Source: Rozella allomycis CSF55 (taxonomy: Eukaryota). Taken from it: DNA of 64,000 nt. Below the pieces are notes generated by a model. It was not told the origin of the DNA. It ran no database searches and was given only the letters and a program-made list of their open reading frames with translations. Shown here piece by piece: positions 59,010 through 64,000 of this stretch. The stretch is from positions 1 through 64,000 of the forward strand of contig KE561071.1 in assembly GCA_000442015.1 (NCBI GenBank), in the 5' to 3' direction. The translations under genes and the position numbers were made by a program. Position 1 is the stretch's first letter. Every line of letters starts with the position of its first letter.

Positions 59010-60110
59010 ATGTTAGTTGGACAGAATCCTGCTTGTTTCCGAGACTTGGAATGCCTAAAATGTCATAAAGTAAATCGAGTTTTTGATTTAGAAGCTAAAT
59101 GGAGCGCTTCCATTGAATGCTATTTTTGCAAACAGATATTTAATGACGTAGAAGCCAAGAGAGAACAAGAGACACTGTACAGCATTCTTGGTGTACCAGA
59201 AACAGCCACTAGTGCTGAAATAAAAAAGCAATATAGAATGTACGCCGTCAAGTATCATCCTGACAAAAATCTTGATAACCCCAATGCAGAAGAGCAATTT
59301 AAGAAGATTAATGAAGCATATTTGTTACTTTCTGATGACGAACTTAGGGCAAGATATGATGATAGTTTAAAGAATCCTGATAAACCACAATTTGAGCTAG
59401 ATCGATTCTTTTCTTCAATGTTTGGAGGGGATAACTTTGTTCCTTGGATTGGCACAGTTTCAATTGGAAAAATGCTTGAAAGGACAATGTCGGAAGGGGC
59501 TGTAGAAAGAGACAAGGCTAAAATGAACGAGATCGCAGAAAAAGATGCTGCCGAGCATGAAAAGAGAATCAAGTTGATTAAAGATTCTTTAAAGCGTAAA
59601 ATTGAAAGCTTTGCTGTGGGATCTGAGACTGAAGAACAATTTAAAAAGAAAATCAATGAGGAGGCCACAATATTAAAAGAAGAGCCACGTGGAAAGCAAA
59701 TTCTTAAATGTATTGCTTATGTTTACCGTATTAAAGTTAAACAGGCAATTTCTAAAACATCTCTATTTGGGTCCGTTTCTAATTTTTATCTCAACATCAA
59801 AGAAAAAGGCCATATGGTGTCCGAAGTGGTAGGAACCATCAAAGCGCTTAGGGATGTGTCCAAAATGGCAGAAAAGTTAAGTGCCGAAGCTGAAAATACC
59901 ACCAACATCGAATTGGAAGAGAAGAATGAAAAGTTATTTATGCATGCATGTTGGAAGGCTTGCAAAATGGAGATTGAAGCGGTTGCGAGAGAATCTGCGG
60001 CATCATTTCTGGAAGAAAATAAGGATGCTATTTATGCCAAAGGATTGGATATTATTGCTGAAATTTTTGAATCACATAGCAAAGAAATGGAGTTATTAAT
60101 TGAAAAGTAG
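59010..60110 (+). CDS. DnaJ protein with DnaJ-X domain (Djp1/Caj1-like) and N-terminal CxxC...CxxC
   Basis: J domain with [19 protein letters not shown] and W...KMEIE. Confidence 0.88.
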   Translation: MLVGQNPACFRDLECLKCHKVNRVFDLEAKWSASIECYFCKQIFNDVEAKREQETLYSILGVPETATSAEIKKQYRMYAVKYHPDKNLDNPNAEEQFKKINEAYLLLSDDELRARYDDSLKNPDKPQFELDRFFSSMFGGDNFVPWIGTVSIGKMLERTMSEGAVERDKAKMNEIAEKDAAEHEKRIKLIKDSLKRKIESFAVGSETEEQFKKKINEEATILKEEPRGKQILKCIAYVYRIKVKQAISKTSLFGSVSNFYLNIKEKGHMVSEVVGTIKALRDVSKMAEKLSAEAENTTNIELEEKNEKLFMHACWKACKMEIEAVARESAASFLEENKDAIYAKGLDIIAEIFESHSKEMELLIEK

Positions 60111-60222
60111 CATAAAATATCCATTTATTTAATAAATTGTGTGAATTATGATATAAATTGGAGTTATATTCTATCTCGTTGTGGCTCCGAGTAAACTAAG
60201 CCACCATATTTACGATTTTTGT

Positions 60223-60870
60223 ATGACTTCCACGGCATCCCAACATCTTGTATTTCTTTTTAAAAACAACTTACTAATAACTTCGGCAATAGGTATTCTT
60301 TTCTTTACAGGGTTGATTGTTATTCCCGCTATTGTCCTCATTAGACACAAAAAGTCCAAGAATATGGCCCTATTGATTCAAAACTCTGAGAAACTTTATT
60401 TAGATGATAGGGCGTCAATATTTAAATCAAGCAACATAGAGTCTCAATCCATAAAAGCTACTAAAAGGGTTGAAAAGTCGGCAGACATACCATACCCAAC
60501 ATTAAATCCTAATGTCCCAATTATGATCAATAACCAATTCGATACGCTACCTGGCTATATTCCATTGAAAGACATGCGAGATATTACTATAACTTCAAAC
60601 AACATTTCCCGTGACAATTTGCTACCAACCTCGTCGTCTTTCACCTCATTAGCTGATGAAACTGATAGTCCAATTAACTTTATGGTGAATTTGAAACAAA
60701 AGCCAGCCAAGTCATTTAAGCCACTTGATAAAGTGTTGGAAGATTTCAAACAAGTGCAAGACTCAAGACCATCAACGTCTACAAGGCCAAATAAAAACGA
60801 AGAAGAAACACATCTGAATAATCTTTTGTTGGAATTAGAAAGTTTGCAGAACAATCTAAAGGCAAAATAG
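60223..60870 (+). CDS. Hypothetical single-pass membrane protein
   Basis: One hydrophobic helix followed by a basic stop-transfer segment and a disordered tail. Confidence 0.5.
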   Translation: MTSTASQHLVFLFKNNLLITSAIGILFFTGLIVIPAIVLIRHKKSKNMALLIQNSEKLYLDDRASIFKSSNIESQSIKATKRVEKSADIPYPTLNPNVPIMINNQFDTLPGYIPLKDMRDITITSNNISRDNLLPTSSSFTSLADETDSPINFMVNLKQKPAKSFKPLDKVLEDFKQVQDSRPSTSTRPNKNEEETHLNNLLLELESLQNNLKAK

Positions 60871-60882
60871 TGGCCAATTTAT

Positions 60883-62873
60883 TCAATAAATATTTAGAAT
60901 TTTTGAAAAATTCTGCTTAAAACATGTCAATAACCTTTCTACAGATTTGATGTATGATGAATTTATTCTGAGAGTGATTATATTACATCTANTCTTCAAA
61001 TCGATTCTGTCTTTGTTGGCCGATCTGGATAGGTCCGCAACATTTAAATCGTTAGAAATTGCATAATCTTTAAACCAATCCGGAAAATATTCACACGGAG
61101 GTGACAAGTAAGGAATTTGCAAATTCTCAAAACATTTGAACAATGGCGGAAATTTTACATTGCTTACATGAATACCCTTAAGCTGATATAAAAGATCTTT
61201 GAGAAACACTCTGACAGTAGTACCGCGCAGACCTTGTATATGACTTGCAACACAGACCGCCCCAACCAAAGATACCTCCAATTCCATTCCGTCATTAGCA
61301 TGTTGATTGGAATTCTTAAAAGATATTGCTCTATTATCATTCATTAATGCCTTCTGTAGGGCATCAATAAACGGGACTGTTCCTTCATGAACAAATGGGC
61401 AGTTTCCATTTCCACCCATAAGACTTAAATACATTAACACGTCTTGCTTAAACGGTCTAAAGGAGGAAACAGGTTTCCATGGTTTGAATGCAGATTCATG
61501 TTTGGTGCAAAGAAATGAATCCTTCAAGTAAATGTCAAAATTCTCATTGTTAACTAAATCGGCAAAATGGCCGTTAATGAGAGGTGAATCATCTTCCACA
61601 AATGAGGCGGATAAAAATAACAGGACCTGGCCGTCATAAAATTGAGGTTGATTTCCTTTTTTCCCTTTAATTTCAATCAGTAAATGAGCACAAAGTTTGT
61701 CAAGACTAGCGCTTGGGTTAGAGTTTATATATTCTACAGCAAGGTGTGCAAAAAGAGGTCGGCTGTTACTAATAAATGCACTGAATGAATTCACTGTTGG
61801 ATGTGCTCCGTGATACTTGGGTAGTCTAGGAAAAACAGTACACCAAAGGTCACATTGTTCAGAACGAGAATGCGATCCACAGTTGACCATGTTCATTGAA
61901 GAGCTACAGGTGGAGCTTATGATGACTTTCACGTCCATTGATATAAACACATTTCTCATGAACCTTAGGTAATTATGATTTCCTTCTTCGTTGTTTCTGC
62001 TACTAACGTATTGAGGGAACTCGTCCAGAAATACGACTGGTTTACGTTTCTTCTTCTTTAATATTTCCAGTAATTCATCTCTCCTAGCTGTCTTTCAACT
62101 TTATCCTTATTAAGTAGCAACGCTCCAATAAAACCATAAACAAAGCCCTCCTTCAAACCTTTCTTCATTCTTTCCGCATCAAAATATGTCATCGTCTTCA
62201 TGTCTGCTTTCAAACAATTTTCAAATACTCCTTGTCGATCGGCAAAAGCTTTGTAGATATCTTGCGAATTGTCACCACTATTAGAACATACAATATAAAG
62301 AACCTGCAGTCCCTTCGCTTGCAGATTAAAAGCCATTTGTGTTTTTCCATGACCGGAAGATGCATTCATAAACACAAAAGGGGTCTTGCCTTCAAGAATG
62401 CTTTCCATTTCAATGACTTTTTCATCTTTGGAGCATAGGAGAGCTCGTTGCCGATATTCCCTTAATGCTGAATTTTCTTTAGGATTTATTGAACATTCAA
62501 AGATATCACTATATTTATCTTGACTTCTTATTTTCGTGACGAGTGAGCTGCTTATGTACCCATATTCTTCACGAATATCTTTTATTATTTGTTCAATGCT
62601 AGAGTTATATGCTTTGCTTTCAGTTGGAGTAGCGACCATAGAATTCTCCATCCTTACTTTCTTCCGCCCAAAATCTTGAGTAGCTGTTGTTTTTGAACTA
62701 CTTTCAGATTCTATTCTTTTTCCTGTCTTTGGAGCTTTATTCTTTTGTCTATTTTTGCTCTTTGGTTTCTTTTCAGTCTTTAACATATTTTCGGTCTTCA
62801 ATTTTTTTAAAATCTTTGTTTTTGTAACATTTTCATTTCGTTCCTGTTGAGAATTCGCCCCGCTACNAAACAA
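60883..62873 (-). pseudogene. Crinkler-type P-loop NTPase/REase effector-like gene, frameshifted and truncated
   Basis: FVFMNASSGHGKT (Walker A), VVFLDEFP (Walker B, shifted frame), LRFMRNVF, SRPLFA and RSANKDRIDL; 1-nt frameshift near 62095; bounded by Ns. Confidence 0.6.
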
Positions 62874-63400
62874 ATTTTAGATTTGAAAGCGTAGGCGGAG
62901 CAGGGCACCTTGAAACAGGCCCTTAGGAGGGTCAAACAAAGGCTTTTTTGTAAAATGCTGTTTGTAGTAGGGCATTTTATTTGGTTCTAAGAGGTCAAAA
63001 CCTCCCGGGAGNATAACTTTCCTTTAGGCTTTAATTTCCTTTTTGATCAACAATTCATGTGGATAGGCCTCCTGATTCAGATTTAGCATCCAACTGGAAA
63101 ATGACGATTACTTTTTATAGATTAATCGATTTTGTACCTTTTGCTTTGTGATACCTTTTTTCAGATGAGAACACTGGTGTTGCTTTGAATAAAGCTCCAG
63201 ATCCAAACAATGACTCGCAGTCGCTCCTATCCATATTCAATCAAATTGGTGGGTATCCGCAATATTGTTAATACTCGTAAACCTTGAAATTATTGAAAGA
63301 TTGTTCAATATGCCTTAGGTTAATAAATCGAGTGTTTTTTTCGAGCTCATAGCGCTCACTTTCCACCACTTCATCGATAGCTTAAATAAGCTTTCTGATT

Positions 63401-64000
63401 ATGCTTTGGAAACACAGAAACGCAATGAACAAGTTGTAAGTATTACGGTTTGTGTATATAGCTTCTTGACCTACTTTCTATTTCAAATCCCATGGATCCT
63501 ACTTGTACAAACACAGGCTCTGTTTCCAACGCATTGGTTCCCAAGTTCGATAAGACTGATGCATGACAGCTATGTAAACAATTCAAGCGATCCATTCCTT
63601 ATGAAAAGTCCAATGTGGTTCCAGTTTTTTGTTTTGACCGAATTGCTGTTTCAAATTCCGTGTCTGGTTGTGTTAAGCAGACTATCAAGGGATGGTAAGA
63701 TTTAATGATTCTGATTAATAAGGAAAGGATTTGAATGTTTGGGGAGTAATGTATGGACCGCACAAGTTGACCACTTTGGTACCTGTTATTGGAGAACTGG
63801 TGACTTATTATCCTAAATTTTTGACTACATCGTCAATTTGCGTATTATTTCTAAACTATGGGCTGCAATGGTTTGTTTCATTACTTGTTCTTTTGGATAG
63901 TTTTGAAAAATCAGGTGCAATGCTTCATTTGAAAAGCGGTAAGAAAAAGTTGGTTGTTATAAATAACCCTGAAATGCGAAAGAAGCAAGTAATTGAAGGA
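63401..64000 (+). CDS. EXPERA/TMEM97-like membrane protein (may continue past the window)
   Basis: DPFL..PMWF.....ELLFQIP and YG....TT; two short introns. Confidence 0.75.

Noticed and set aside
62880-63240. GC-richer stretch and short minus-strand frame upstream of the CRN-like gene
   Set aside because: Interrupted by Ns; no consistent exon chain or RNA motif could be supported.

Overview
This is AT-rich, extremely gene-dense eukaryotic nuclear DNA with about 45 protein-coding genes. Most are interrupted by tiny GT-AG introns (about 26-31 nt), and intergenic spacers are often under 60 bp. Fungal-type genes (MGM101, Msy-type MscS, Aim18/46-like), a centriolar HYLS1-like gene and a Crinkler-type NTPase suggest a flagellated early-diverging fungus such as Rozella (inference only). 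Housekeeping genes include SEC61, NAP1, SNU114, RPT2, a Cdc20-family activator, PEX10, ATG13, NUP85, TFC1, mL40, RFC3, DIS3 and FIS1. Most unusual items: (1) an intronless bacterial-type KynB/cyclase reading in frame into a Hint/HNT1 gene, whose first intron is two back-to-back mini-introns (candidate recursive splicing); (2) a class C GPCR with a ProX/OpuAC-like sensor and an EGF module, 43 bp upstream of a DEP-RGS gene; (3) a tandem array of three 7TM receptor genes with a mini-Helitron-like element and a footprint-like frameshift; (4) a G-rich to C-rich strand-skew inversion inside SNU114 that also affects its introns; (5) a stand-alone Pex20-like gene and an intronic U15/snR13-like snoRNA, both missed by the ORF track; (6) a GT...CG candidate intron in an ABCG Walker A motif. 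All exon structures were assembled by eye and all family calls come from recalled motifs, not from database searches. Single N bases mark local assembly problems.
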